From the NCBI GenBank assembly GCA_963921275.4, contig OZ001293.3, positions 4,800,001-4,864,000 on the forward strand: a stretch of DNA of 64,000 nt. The letters run 5' to 3'. Both the position numbers and the translations under genes were made by a program. This DNA comes from an uncultured Hormoscilla sp. (GTDB lineage: Bacteria; Cyanobacteriota; Cyanobacteriia; Cyanobacteriales; Desertifilaceae). Each line of letters starts with the position of its first letter. Position 1 is the stretch's first letter. Under the pieces are notes generated by a model that made no database searches, was not told where the DNA came from, and worked only from the letters and a program-made list of their open reading frames with translations. Below are positions 35,168 to 46,667 of the stretch, one piece after another.

Positions 35168-35609
35168 CCTTTTGCCGCCACCGAATGACTCTCGTACTCG
35201 GTGGAATGACTCAGTCACTCCCTCAGTCACTCCAGGAAATAAATAGTTAGTTTTGGAAATAACTGATTTTTCCAATGACTTCCTCACTCCCGAAAATGAC
35301 TTACTCATTCCCGAATAAAATATTTTTATCAACGCCATTTAGGGAGAAAGCCCAGAGTCGGCTTCGATGTCTAAAGGGTACAGTACTCGTACTGCCCTTT
35401 AGACATCGACATTTTGTCCCATCAAGTGATGGGTGCGGCTCAAAAGTATCCAGCGACTGGGAGAGAATGCGCTGCGCGCACGCTACGCGAACGTGAAGAT
35501 CAACAGGTTCTGACCACTCGCCGGGAGACAGGGAAAGCGGGTTGTCGGAAAAGACTCCACACAATATAATGGTAAACGACAGAACCAGTTACTAACCTAA
35601 ACTACAGCC

Positions 35610-38330
35610 ATGCGTTGTCTCAACTGCCACCTAGATAACATTCCGTCCAACACCGAATACTGCACGGAATGCGACGTCCATTTGCCGACCCTGCTGCGAG
35701 ACGTACTCTCCCCTGGCACCCGCTTGCGCGAAGATACTTATGAGATCGAGTATGCTTTAGGTCGGGGTGGGTTTGGCATCACCTACCGCGCCCGCCACAT
35801 CATCTTAGAACAACCCGTTGCGATCAAGGAATACTACCCCCAAGAACTTGTCCATCGCGACATTTCTACGGGGAACCTTACCGTCCCCCAAAACCAAGCC
35901 TATATATTCCAAGGTTGGTTAAACCGGTTCTTGCGGGAAGGGCTGATCTTGGCGCAACTCAACCATCCTAGCTTAGTACGGGTGCAAAATTTATTCACGG
36001 AACGGGGCACAGCTTATCTGGTAATGGAATTAATAGCCGGGGAGACCCTGCGGCAAGTCTTAGACGCCCAACCTGGCAAGCTTTTGCCTCCGACAAGAGT
36101 GGCGGAAATTATGGAACCCCTGGTGGATGCTTTGGAAGTTGCTCACCAAGCGGGAGTCTATCATTTGGACCTGAAGCCGGACAATATCTTGCTGACTCAG
36201 GCAGGACGGGTGGTTCTAATAGACTTCGGGGCAGCGAAGCAAGAGACGGGTATGACTCGCACTCAGAGTACGTCTACCGAGACCTATGCGCCACCGGAAA
36301 TAATTGCCAGAGAGTCGGTGGGGGCCGAAAGCGATATTTTTGAACTGGGGATGATGCTGCATAAAATGATTGCCGGGACGCTACCTGAACCAGCATTGAG
36401 TCGGACGATGGGGACAAACTGGGAACCTTCTTTGGCAGAACCCTGGCAGAGTTTGGTGAAGAAAGCCCTGCCTTTGAAGAAGGAAGAACGCCCTAGCAGC
36501 GTGGGGCAATGGTGGGGTGATGCGGTGTCTGCACTCTCCGTGTCTTCGCCTAGGGATGTAAGAACATGGCAAGGCTATTTTGTCTTGCCAGAACTGAAAG
36601 CACAGGGGATGGTGCGGCGACTGGGGCGCGGAATGCTCGTGAATGTGATTTCTCTGAATGATGAGTTAGTAGTAGTCTGTGCTAGTGATGGCGCGGCATT
36701 ATTTAATCTCAGTACTGGCGAGGCGCTGTGGGAGATAGACTGTCCTGCAAGCTGCGGCGCTGTCAGTGCTGATGGTAAGCTGCTGGCTTTAGCAAGCAGG
36801 CTAGATATCTATTTATGGGATTTAACTACAGGGAATTTCCTGCGACAATTTCAGGGACATACAAGCTGGGTGCTCTGTGTAGCATTCAGTCACGATGGCT
36901 GGGCGATCGCCTCTGGGGGTAGGGATAAAACCGTGCGGTTGTGGGATGTGGCGAGTGGCAGAGAACTGCGACAACTTCAGGGACATACAGCCTCTGTGTA
37001 CAGTGTAGCATTCAGTCCCAATGGCAGGATAGTTGTCTCTGGGGGTGAGGATCATACCGTGCGGTGGTGGAATGTGGCGGGTGACAGACAACTTCGACAA
37101 TTTCGGAGACATAAACACTGGGTGAACTGTGTAACCTTCAGTCACGATGGCAGGACTGTTGCCTATGGGGTTTCGGATAGCGTGCGGTTGTGGGATATGG
37201 TGAGTGGCAGAGAACTGCAACAATTTCGGGGACATACAAAATATGTGTACAGTGTAGCATTCAGTCCCGATGACAGGACGATCGCCTCTGGGAGTTGGGA
37301 TAATACCGTGCGGTTGCGGGATGTGGTGAGTCGCAGAAAACTGCAACAACTTCAGGGACATACAGGCGAGGTGAACAGTGTAGCATTCAGTCCCGATGGC
37401 AGGACTGTTTTCTCTGGGAGTAAGTATGGAACCTTGCAGTTGTGGGATGTGGCGAGTGGCAGAGAACTGCGACAACTTCAGGGACATACATACTATTTGA
37501 ACAGTGTAGCATTCAGTCCCGATGGCAGGACGGTTGTCTCTGGGAGTAAAGATAAAACCGTGCGGTTGTGGGATGTGGCGAGTGGCAGAGAAGTTCGACA
37601 ACTTCAGGGACATACAGCCTCTGTGTACAGTGTAGCATTCAGTCCCAATGGCAGGACAGTGGCCTCTGGGGGTAAGGATAATACCCTGCGGTTGTGGGAT
37701 GTGGCGAGTGGCAGAGAACTGCGACAACTTCAGGGACATACAAACCGGGTGCTCTGTGTAGCATTCAGTCCCGATGGCAGGACAGTGGCCTCTGGGAGTA
37801 GGGATAAAACCGTGCGGTTGTGGGATGTGGTGAGTGGCAGAGAACTGCAAAAATTTCGGGGACATACATACCATGTGAACAGTGTAGCATTCGGTCACGA
37901 TGGCAGGACAGTGGCCTCTGGGGGTAGGGATAAAACCGTGCGGTTGTGGGATGTGGTGAGTGGCAGTGAACTGCGACTACTTCAGGGACATACAGACCAC
38001 GTGCATACTGTAGCATTCAGTCCAGATGACAGGACAGTGGCCTCTGGGGGTAGGGATAAAATCGTGCGGTTGTGGGATGTGGCGAGTGGCAGTTCGCTAC
38101 GACTACTGAAGGGAAATACCGCCTCTGTGTACAGTGTAGCATTCAGTCCAGATGGCAGGACAGTGGCCTCTGGGGGTGGGGATAAAACCCTGCGGTTGTG
38201 GGATGTGGCGAGTGGCAGTTCGCTACGACTACTGAAGGGACATACAGACACTGTGTTCAGTGTAGCATTCAGTCCCGATGGTATGTTTCTGTTATCTGGG
38301 AGTCATGTAATGCGGTTGTGGGAACTATAG
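35610..38330 (+). CDS. Ser/Thr protein kinase with an N-terminal Cys4 ribbon and a WD40 propeller of ~12 highly similar repeats
   Basis: LGRGGFG, HLDLKPDN, DFG and YAPPE; GHT..V.SVAFSPDG...LWD repeats of about 126 bp. Confidence 0.92.
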   Translation: MRCLNCHLDNIPSNTEYCTECDVHLPTLLRDVLSPGTRLREDTYEIEYALGRGGFGITYRARHIILEQPVAIKEYYPQELVHRDISTGNLTVPQNQAYIFQGWLNRFLREGLILAQLNHPSLVRVQNLFTERGTAYLVMELIAGETLRQVLDAQPGKLLPPTRVAEIMEPLVDALEVAHQAGVYHLDLKPDNILLTQAGRVVLIDFGAAKQETGMTRTQSTSTETYAPPEIIARESVGAESDIFELGMMLHKMIAGTLPEPALSRTMGTNWEPSLAEPWQSLVKKALPLKKEERPSSVGQWWGDAVSALSVSSPRDVRTWQGYFVLPELKAQGMVRRLGRGMLVNVISLNDELVVVCASDGAALFNLSTGEALWEIDCPASCGAVSADGKLLALASRLDIYLWDLTTGNFLRQFQGHTSWVLCVAFSHDGWAIASGGRDKTVRLWDVASGRELRQLQGHTASVYSVAFSPNGRIVVSGGEDHTVRWWNVAGDRQLRQFRRHKHWVNCVTFSHDGRTVAYGVSDSVRLWDMVSGRELQQFRGHTKYVYSVAFSPDDRTIASGSWDNTVRLRDVVSRRKLQQLQGHTGEVNSVAFSPDGRTVFSGSKYGTLQLWDVASGRELRQLQGHTYYLNSVAFSPDGRTVVSGSKDKTVRLWDVASGREVRQLQGHTASVYSVAFSPNGRTVASGGKDNTLRLWDVASGRELRQLQGHTNRVLCVAFSPDGRTVASGSRDKTVRLWDVVSGRELQKFRGHTYHVNSVAFGHDGRTVASGGRDKTVRLWDVVSGSELRLLQGHTDHVHTVAFSPDDRTVASGGRDKIVRLWDVASGSSLRLLKGNTASVYSVAFSPDGRTVASGGGDKTLRLWDVASGSSLRLLKGHTDTVFSVAFSPDGMFLLSGSHVMRLWEL

Positions 38331-38727
38331 TAATTTTGAAGGCGGTAGAGTAGCAACTTGCATGTCAGGGCGACGGTCCGAAACCGTCCTGCATTCCCAC
38401 AGCACAGTCAAGCAGAAATTTACCATCAACCCGGTGCGCTCAAAAGGATTTGGCGGGGGCGTTTAGCGAAGCTGCGCGTTAGCGCTAGCATTCGGATAGT
38501 TGATTTGTCGATTTATATCATAGATTGTCGCTCCTTAGCTTCGCCCCTACATGGTTCGTACATGTTGCTCACAAATGGGCGAAAGTCCTCTTGCCAATAC
38601 CAAGTCAAATAGCAAAGTAAACGGAACTGGATGCGGCGCCGAAGCGGTGCCGGTGGCGGGTTGATTCGTTTCCACCACAACTCGCACCGTCGCGCACCCT
38701 TAGTCTATACTTATCACCCGCCAGAAT

Positions 38728-39144
38728 ATGAATAAATCATCAGCACAAAAATTCCTGCAAGCGTTAGACATTTGCAAATCTCTGGTTGACCACAAGTATC
38801 AACCCACTAATCTTACCTTTCAGGCGATTTTTCGCGCAGCGATCGAGCTTTTTTGCGAACTGTCTGCTACAGAGTTACGGCGTTTTACCGAAGAATATGG
38901 GGCTGCCGTTGGTGCAGCATATAATACCGTTTATGAATACGCAACCACTGCGGACAATTGGAGAGTAGATTGCCAACTAGGTTTCGGAGTCAAAGACCAT
39001 TGTAGCATATTGAGCTTTTTCTTGAATGGCGAAGGTCGGCAATTCGAGTATTTTACAGGTAACTTTACCACCCCAGAAGTAATTTGCGAACTACTCCAGG
39101 ATTGGAAAGGTCTAGACCTAACTGAATTATCGTCTTTAGCGTGA
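38728..39144 (+). CDS. Hypothetical protein
   Basis: 138-aa ORF with ATG start and globular composition. Confidence 0.55.
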   Translation: MNKSSAQKFLQALDICKSLVDHKYQPTNLTFQAIFRAAIELFCELSATELRRFTEEYGAAVGAAYNTVYEYATTADNWRVDCQLGFGVKDHCSILSFFLNGEGRQFEYFTGNFTTPEVICELLQDWKGLDLTELSSLA

Positions 39145-40086
39145 TTCAACATCCGACAACCAATTCAACAAATCCTCCAGACTGTTTAACTCGAAAATCG
39201 TCTCTGTTAACGCCCTTAAATCTGACAGCGACAAACCTTCAACTTTACTGTTGATTTCCCCTGTCAATTCTCCAAATTTATTTTTGAGCAAAAGCATTGC
39301 TAAAGTACAGGCTCCATCAATACGGCCTTCTTCTAATGCTTCTTTCCGGCCTTCTTTCCGGCCTTCATCTCTTGCATACTGTATCCGCCCTATCTCATCT
39401 TGCAACTGTATACCGCGAAGAATTACTGCCTCTGCTTCTTCCCGAGTCATATTTGCTAGCTGAGCTATCCTTAAGGCTTTCTCTATTGCGGCAATCTCTC
39501 CTAAATTCTCGGGAATTTCCTCTAATATTGGCGCCTGCTTGATAAAATAAATCCATTTTTATGCCAAAGTATTCAGATCTTTTAAGTCCTTTTCAAATCG
39601 CGGCAATTCTACAAAGATGAGCTGCAATTCATGTTCGGGTAATTCTGAGGAATCTTCTTCGTCTTTGAATTTGAATTTATGGATCACTTTCGGGCTTTTT
39701 GGAAACAGAATAAAATATGTTACTGTGACAGCAATCACTGGGGTTAACATCATGTAATATTCCCCTGATTTTAACTGATTTGCATAGGCTTTGCACATGT
39801 TGTATGTTACCCGCTTGTGAAATGCCGATACCCGTGCTATTTGCATTTCAATTAGCACCATTTCTCCATTCTTGAGTTGGGCTCGGACATCCAAGTAACT
39901 CTCTTTTAATTTCTCTACCTGACCAGGGTTATAAGGATTCATAATGGTTAAGCTAGAAATTACGCTTTCTCCATTGTAAACGATCGCATTCAAGAAACTG
40001 ATCAGAATATCTTCACTTTCGTCGGAGCCAAATATTTTTTTGAAAGCGAAATCAACTTTGGGACTAATAAATGTTTCCTTGACCAT
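39136..40086 (-). pseudogene. Rpn family PD-(D/E)XK nuclease/transposase with a DUF4351-like tail; in-frame TAA at 39559
   Basis: FISPKVDFAFKKIFG, LDVRA, IEMQ and FVELPRF; reading continues KWIYFIK after the stop. Confidence 0.85.
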
Positions 40087-40297
40087 CACATTTTTCTCCT
40101 TGTTCAATCGGTTCGGCACTGGATGGGTGCAGGTGGCGGGTCATCCGGGAGCGCTAATCGCACTACCTGGATAACACAGTTGATTCATTCCACCCAAGCG
40201 CGATTGCTAAATCTTGCCAAGCTAGAAAGAGTGTTTGCAAAGTTTATCCTCCCGCAGTTCCAGCAATCGATTTATTTTTCGGATATTTTGGGCAAAT

Positions 40298-41176
40298 TCA
40301 ATAACTGAACTTACAATCAAAGAAAGCTTTATCGCTTCGTAATGGGTAAGTATCGTATCTAAAACCTGTTTGTTTTGCTTGGGATATAACGTCGAGCGTC
40401 TTAGGCAAAGTCAAGTTCTGAGCAATTACCAAGGCGTAAAACGGATTCCTTTTCCCTATTTTGGGCCGGCATATCTTTGTTTCTGCGTAACGACCTCCCG
40501 GAGCGAACAAAGAAGCATTACCGCTTTTAACTCTTTCTAGCTCATTTTCAAGATCCCCTCGAATTGGAGAAGCACCGGCTACTACAAAGTAAAGAAAATC
40601 TGAAGTTGAAGGTTGAAGGGCTTCGGCAAGTTTCCGATCTTTTTTTCTAACTCGTTCTGCAGCCCGAACAAGCTGTGTCTCTACTTCTCCTTCAATTTTC
40701 AATTGCTGTTGTTCTGCTAGAATAGCAGAAGATGAAACTTTCTTGGCAATTTCATCTGTTTGAAGTCGAGCTTTTATAATTTCTTGGACTGCTTTATCGA
40801 TAATTTCCTCCCTGATTTCATCCGAATCAAGCAAATGTTCCTTGATTTCATGTGAAGAATTAACCACTTTGACAATTTGTTTCTTGATTTCATCCGAATT
40901 GAACAATTTCTCGATTCCTAACAAACCGAATGCAGTAAATAACCCAGACAATATAGTTGCGATTGCAATAGCTAAAGCTAATACATTTTTCTGAGATCTA
41001 TCGGTAACGCGGTAAACGAATAATTCCTCGAGAGTGTCTAACTCCTTGATTTGTTTTCTCAGCCTGGAATTCTCCTCTTTAAGAATTCTCAGTTCTTCTT
41101 GGGCAGAGTCTGAATTCTGAAGTCCTGACTTCTGCCGATCTGGATTGCTTGGTGGTTCTGGTTGATTATTAGTCAT
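40298..41176 (-). CDS. Hypothetical membrane-anchored coiled-coil protein
   Basis: 292 aa with one hydrophobic segment (VLALAIAIATILSGLFTAFGLLGI). Confidence 0.65.
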   Translation of the reverse strand: MTNNQPEPPSNPDRQKSGLQNSDSAQEELRILKEENSRLRKQIKELDTLEELFVYRVTDRSQKNVLALAIAIATILSGLFTAFGLLGIEKLFNSDEIKKQIVKVVNSSHEIKEHLLDSDEIREEIIDKAVQEIIKARLQTDEIAKKVSSSAILAEQQQLKIEGEVETQLVRAAERVRKKDRKLAEALQPSTSDFLYFVVAGASPIRGDLENELERVKSGNASLFAPGGRYAETKICRPKIGKRNPFYALVIAQNLTLPKTLDVISQAKQTGFRYDTYPLRSDKAFFDCKFSY

Positions 41177-41321
41177 CTTTATGTATACCGAGACTGGCGG
41201 TTAAGCAGTTGCACCATTCCGTTTGATTATGTACTATATTAGCAAGTTCTGAATGAACATGACCAAAAAAATAGGTGGGCAATATGCCCACCCGGAGACA
41301 ATTAAGCACCAGAAACTGTGC

Positions 41322-42098
41322 CTACATGCCCATAATCTCGTAACCAGCATCCACATACAGCACCTGACCGGTAATACCGCTGGCCAAGTCGCTACACAAG
41401 AAAGCAGCTGCATTCCCCACCTCTGTCTGAGTCACGGTCCGTCTCAGGGGTGCCACCTGTTCGACATGATGAATCATATCCAGGATCCCCCCCACCGCTG
41501 AGGATGCCAAAGTCCGAATGGGACCAGAGGAAATGGCATTGACTCGGATATTTTGCGGTCCCAGTTCCGCTGCTAGGTAACGGACGCTCATTTCTAAGCC
41601 AGCTTTGGCAATTCCCATCACGTTATAATTGGGAATCACTCTTACTCCCCCTAAGTAGGTAAGGGTGACAATACTACCGCCATCCGTCATCAAGGGTTTC
41701 GCTGCTGCCGTCATCTGGGTCAGAGAGTAGGTACTGATTTCTATTGCCCTCATAAAACCGGCCCGCGTGGTATCGCTGAAATCTCCACTCAGTTCATCTT
41801 TCCCCGCAAAGGCCAGACAGTGAATGAGAATGTCCAGGCGTCCCCACTTGTCCCCTACTGCCTGAAAAGCTGCCTGGACTTGGGCATCATTTTGGACATC
41901 GCAGGGCAAAAACAAGCTGGGAGAAAGGGACGCTGTCAGTTCTGCGACTTTTTTTTCATACCGTCCCTTATCATCCGGCAAGAAGGTGACCCCCAGATTG
42001 GCACCGGCTTTATGCAACTGTAGGGCAATGCCCCAGGCGATCGAGCGATTGTTAGCGATACCCGTTACCAGGGCGTTTTTTCCAGTCAAATCAAGCAT
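41322..42098 (-). CDS. fabI: Enoyl-ACP reductase
   Basis: GIANNRSIAWGIA, YNVMGIAK and GPIRTLA motifs. Confidence 0.96.
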   Translation of the reverse strand: MLDLTGKNALVTGIANNRSIAWGIALQLHKAGANLGVTFLPDDKGRYEKKVAELTASLSPSLFLPCDVQNDAQVQAAFQAVGDKWGRLDILIHCLAFAGKDELSGDFSDTTRAGFMRAIEISTYSLTQMTAAAKPLMTDGGSIVTLTYLGGVRVIPNYNVMGIAKAGLEMSVRYLAAELGPQNIRVNAISSGPIRTLASSAVGGILDMIHHVEQVAPLRRTVTQTEVGNAAAFLCSDLASGITGQVLYVDAGYEIMGM

Positions 42099-42480
42099 AA
42101 TCTCTAGATTTTAGGCAAAATTGGGTATTGGTGATTTGGGAAATCGCGGACCCGTCTACTAACTTAGGGTGTTATGGTCTACTGGTCAATGTCGCGCGAG
42201 ATGTGCGATGCACGCGCTATTCGCACTGCGCATCGCACATCGAAGTGGCCCAGCAGACAACCGGTTGCTACCCAAGGCAATATCCCCAATGCCATATAAA
42301 CCAGCGCCATATAGCCAGGCGAGGCAAAAATTCTGTAACAACAAGCGCTTTCAACCAGAAAGATAAGGTATAATTAATCTTATCTATTAGACGCCCTGTG
42401 CAACTTTTTCCAACCAACGAGATTTAGGGAGTTTTGAGAACAACATTTTCAGCCAAAGACCACCAAACCGTTATTATTCT

Positions 42481-42523
42481 GTAGAAAGTTGCACATCGCG
42501 TTACCTATTAGGTGTTTTACGAT
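42481..42523 (+). promoter_or_regulatory. Putative NtcA-dependent promoter of ntcA
   Basis: GTA-N8-CAC (one mismatch to GTA-N8-TAC) followed 23 nt later by TACGAT (TAN3T). Confidence 0.5.
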
Positions 42524-42598
42524 CAATTGCTGACAATATTCATAAGTTGTCCGAGTTTGTTGATTGGCAGACACCGGGCACCGATTAAGGCGAAGAAG

Positions 42599-43279
42599 AT
42601 GGTAGTAAGTGAGACCAAACCCCTAGCGGCTGCATTCCGTCAAATGAGTGGCAGCTCATATCCGCCGGTTACAGAAAAGTTTGAACGGGACAAAACGATT
42701 TTTTTTCCCGGAGATCCAGCGGAACGGGTCTATTTTTTGCAAAGTGGTGCGGTAAAGCTATCCCGGGTGTACGAGGCGGGAGACGAAATAACTGTGGCGC
42801 TGCTGCGCGAAAATAGCGTATTTGGCGTCCTGTCCCTGATTACGGGGAATAAATCAGACAGATTTTACCACGCAGTGGCTTTTACTCCCGTAGAGTTAAT
42901 ATCGCTGCCCATAGAACAGGTGCAGAAAGCACTCAAGGAAAATCCCGAACTGTCGATGATTATGCTGCAAGGGCTGTCTTCGCGCATTTTGCAAACGGAG
43001 ATGATGATCGAAACTCTGGCACACGGGGATATGGAATCGCGATTGATCAGCTTTCTGTTGATCCTGTGTCGGGATTTTGGAGTTTCTAGCCCAGATGGGA
43101 TGGATGGGATTACGATAGATCTAAAGCTATCTCATCAGGTGATCGCAGAGGCGATCGGTTCTACGCGCGTCACGATAACTCGCTTGCTGGGGGATTTGCG
43201 ATCGGACCAGCTGATCTCGATCCACAAGAAAAAAATTACGGTCCATGACCCTGTGGCCCTCAGCCAGCGATTCGCATAA
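42599..43279 (+). CDS. ntcA: Global nitrogen regulator NtcA
   Basis: [25 protein letters not shown] and [11 protein letters not shown]; divergent from fabI. Confidence 0.95.
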   Translation: MVVSETKPLAAAFRQMSGSSYPPVTEKFERDKTIFFPGDPAERVYFLQSGAVKLSRVYEAGDEITVALLRENSVFGVLSLITGNKSDRFYHAVAFTPVELISLPIEQVQKALKENPELSMIMLQGLSSRILQTEMMIETLAHGDMESRLISFLLILCRDFGVSSPDGMDGITIDLKLSHQVIAEAIGSTRVTITRLLGDLRSDQLISIHKKKITVHDPVALSQRFA

Positions 43280-43315
43280 GCAAAATAGAAAGTACATGCG
43301 ATTGAACGGCTGCCC

Positions 43316-45746
43316 ATGACCATCGGTATCATCCTGATTGTCTCGATTTTGCTCTTAGGCGGTGTCCTGGCGACACTGGGAGATCGCATTGGCACAAAAG
43401 TGGGCAAGGCGCGGTTGTCTCTGTTCAAGCTGCGTCCCCGGAAAACCGCAACTCTGGTGACGATCGCCACGGGAGTGATGATTGCAGGCACCACCCTGGG
43501 CATCTTATTTGCCACTAGCGAGCCCTTACGGCGAGGCATATTTGCATACGATCGAACCCTCAAAAAACTCAGAGCCGCCCGCCGAGAATTAAAAGAAACT
43601 AGAGTCCAAAAGATTCATGTAGAGACCCAGTTAGCCCAAGCGAGAGATCGGCACGCAGCGGCCCAACAACATTTAGATGAAATTAATCAGTCTTTGCAGG
43701 CAGCACTGGCACAACAAGGGGTTACGGAAGTGAAACTGGCGCAAACTCAAAACCAACTGGGTCAAGTCACAGCCAATTTTGAGCAAACCCAAAGCCAACT
43801 TCAGGATGTCCTGAGCAAGTTTAAGCAAGCTCATGCTCAACTGTCAAGGGTTTCTGGGCAAGTGGAAACCCTAGGGGCTGAAATCACTCAACTGCAAAGG
43901 GAACGTCAAGAATTGATCGGACAGCGGGATGAGGTGAAACGGCAAATTGCTGGATGGGGTCGAGCCGGGAATCGCTTCCCGACCCTCCCTTGAGGAACCG
44001 GACTTGCGATTTTCACCGCATCCGGCTACTGGGTACTAGGCCCTTTTCATAGGTAGACTTAATAGGAATTACTTCCGTTAGCCCTTGCCGCCTGTCTTTT
44101 CTTCCCTTTCCTGGTTTAGCGAGTGGTTGTTCTGATAACCGTTAGTATCACCATTTTCAAGTCAGTTTTACCAGTTATCCATACCTTATCCTCCACTTGC
44201 GTTTCGGATTAGTTCCGTGGCTTTTTAGGATTACTCATTCCAGCAGCTTCCTAGTATCACCGACCCACGTCAGCGCTGGCTACCCAGCATCATCTACATT
44301 ACTGTAGATGTTATCCCAGGAATTACCCCGGGCATTCGCTTCTTGGGCCATCCCTCCCCCCGTGGCTTGCGCTTAACATCTAACTTGTCCTGATGGACAG
44401 CACACGAGAGGTTACTTCGTTCCCTAACAACATTTCGCGATACCTTTAGGTCCACACTATACCCCGGGAGCTATTTGAGTACTATATTAGCCAGAGTCTA
44501 AAACTAATACTAGCTACCATTTCCTTTTTAGGCCAGCGCATATAGCCTTATTTCGCTGGTTCCTTATAACGAGGCTTGCACATGTTTGCCTGCTCTAACC
44601 TTGGATATCTTTCCTAGCGGCGTCACCGGCTTAGGCTGCCAGTTATCCTACATTTGAGTCCTCGCTTAGCACCACGATGATGTCGCTTCGTAGCACCGAG
44701 GACCGGTGTCACCCCCGTACCTGGGGGGAGGGGAATTTAACCCCCATGCGGTCAGAGTTCCCGGCTAATGAAACCGGGCTAGCGTTCCGTGTTTGACCAC
44801 GTTAGGCTAGAACGAATCGCACAGACTCAATCAAGCTATTGCCCAGCGGGACAGGGAAATTACTCAGCTAGACAAGCATATTGCCGAGCGCGACCAGATC
44901 ATTGGCCAGCGGGACCAGATGATTGCCGATCGCGACCAGATCATTGCTCAGCTAGACGGCAAAATTGCCCAGCGGGACCAGATGATTGCCGATCGGGACG
45001 ATATCATTGCTCAGCGGGAACTGCGCCTGAAAGGATTAGAAACCGAGCAGTCCTTTCTGGAACGGCAAGTTAACATGCTGCAACAATATTATCAGGAATA
45101 TCAAGAGTTGCGTCTTGGCAATGTCGCCCTGCGACGAGGTCAAATTCTTGCTGATGGGGTCGTGCGCATCCTCTCACCTACGGCAGCTAAAGACGCCGTA
45201 GACCACCTGTTGCGCCAAGCTAACAAAGCTGCTATCTCTCAGGTGACTTACCCCCATGGCAATGCCGCTGTTGACGAACAGGTGATTCAAATTACTCAAG
45301 CCGAAGTTGAGCAATTGACTAATAGAATTAGTAATGGAAAAAACTATGTGGTGCGCATTCTTTCAGCGGGTAACTACGTGCGCGGAGAGAATGCTGTGCG
45401 CGTCTTTGCCGATATAGCACTTAATAAAATCGTATTTCTGACTGGCGAAGTGGTGGCTTTCGGTTCTGTTGATGCTTCGAGAATGAGTGAAGATGAAATC
45501 CTGCAACGCCTAGATTTGCTGATGGCATCTTCTAAATTCCGCGCCCGCCGTGCTGGTATTCTAGGTACTACCATCCAAATTACCGATGGCAGCCCTAAAA
45601 CTCTGGTACAGTTTATTGAACGGCTGAATGATTATCAAAAACTACTGGAAATTCAAGCTGTGGCAGCAGAAGTGACCTATACCGCTGGACCCCTGAAAAT
45701 CGAACTTGTCGCTATTAGAGATGGCGAAGTCCTGTTTCGTACTTAA
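43316..45746 (+). pseudogene. DUF3084 coiled-coil membrane protein gene interrupted by an antisense group II intron (parts 43316-43951 and 44823-45746)
   Basis: GDRIGTKVGKARLSLFKLRPRKTA; removing 43952-44822 restores KRQIA-RLNQAIAQRD in frame. Confidence 0.85.
43952..44822 (-). mobile_element. ORF-less group II intron, 871 nt, antisense to its host gene
   Basis: Minus strand begins GTGCGATTCG; DV AGCCGGATGCGGTGAAAATCGCAAGTCCGGTTC; EBS1 AGACTC (44494-44499) pairs 6/6 with upstream GAGTCT. Confidence 0.95.
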
Positions 45747-45842
45747 ACTAACATGGCTGCGCCACGCTGCGCGAATGGCTGCGCCACGCTGCGCGAACAG
45801 AAACCTGGTTTATAGATATCTTGAATAATTTATACCCGCTAT

Positions 45843-46277
45843 ATGCTCAATAATTATCCTCCAACTTCCCCCCATCAATCAGTGATTTTGGGTTTCGATC
45901 CAGGATGCGATAAGTGCGGGATCGCTGTCATGGCAGACGACGCCCAAGTCTATTATCATCAAGTTGTCCCCGCTGCTGAGGCGATCGCCACTATAGATCG
46001 CCTGCTTCATCAATATCCCGTCTCTTTGCTAGTAATGGGCGATCGCACTACTGCTAAAGCTTGGCAACAGCAGATTAACCGCAGTTTATCCCAACCACCC
46101 CCGATCGTTACTGTCGATGAGCACTACAGTAGTCTGGAGGCACGCGATCGCTACAGGCAAATTTACCCTCCCAAAGGACTAAATCGCTTAATTCCCCAAG
46201 GCATGCGGCAACCACCCCGTCCCGTCGATGATATTGTTGCTATTATTTTAATTGAACGGTACATTGCTAATCGTTAG
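45843..46277 (+). CDS. yqgF: YqgF/RuvX family nuclease
   Basis: LGFDPG.DKCG, VDE.YSS.EA and VDDIVA motifs. Confidence 0.85.
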   Translation: MLNNYPPTSPHQSVILGFDPGCDKCGIAVMADDAQVYYHQVVPAAEAIATIDRLLHQYPVSLLVMGDRTTAKAWQQQINRSLSQPPPIVTVDEHYSSLEARDRYRQIYPPKGLNRLIPQGMRQPPRPVDDIVAIILIERYIANR

Positions 46278-46315
46278 TTGTTAGTTGTTAGTTGTTCATC
46301 GACCATTCTCCATTC

Positions 46316-46579
46316 TCAAATTTGAGCGCGGATAGTGAAAGAATAATCTCTTCCAGGTTCAAGCTGATAATCCTGCTGTTCTAAAAACCGAGATAAAGGT
46401 TCTTGAATTAAAGCACGTCCCAAAGAAGGCTTAACATACAATTCTCCCCTGCTAAAATGCCACTGAAACTCCCACTGATAGGACTCAGCTATCACTTCGC
46501 CTTCCATTTTTCCTTGCATCCAGGATTGTGATAAGACCCGGACATAAGCGGTGGTTTCCGGTAAACGTCGAGAACTCAT
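46316..46579 (-). CDS. DUF3146 family protein
   Basis: LPETTAYVRV...PSLGRALI.EPL.RFLE..DYQLEPG. Confidence 0.8.
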   Translation of the reverse strand: MSSRRLPETTAYVRVLSQSWMQGKMEGEVIAESYQWEFQWHFSRGELYVKPSLGRALIQEPLSRFLEQQDYQLEPGRDYSFTIRAQI

Positions 46580-46667
46580 TTAATCTTCTCTGCGTACACA
46601 TTGCAGTATTTCCTGGTGCTGCATCTCCTGGCCGCGCTAATCGTACATGCATAGGAGATGCAGCGCG

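Noticed and set aside
34783..35188. ORFs on both strands of array B as real genes
   Set aside because: Stop-free simply because the unit is 21 nt; no convincing start context, so coding status is unsupported
36822..37898. 358-aa antisense ORF
   Set aside because: Shadow of the WD40 repeats on the opposite strand
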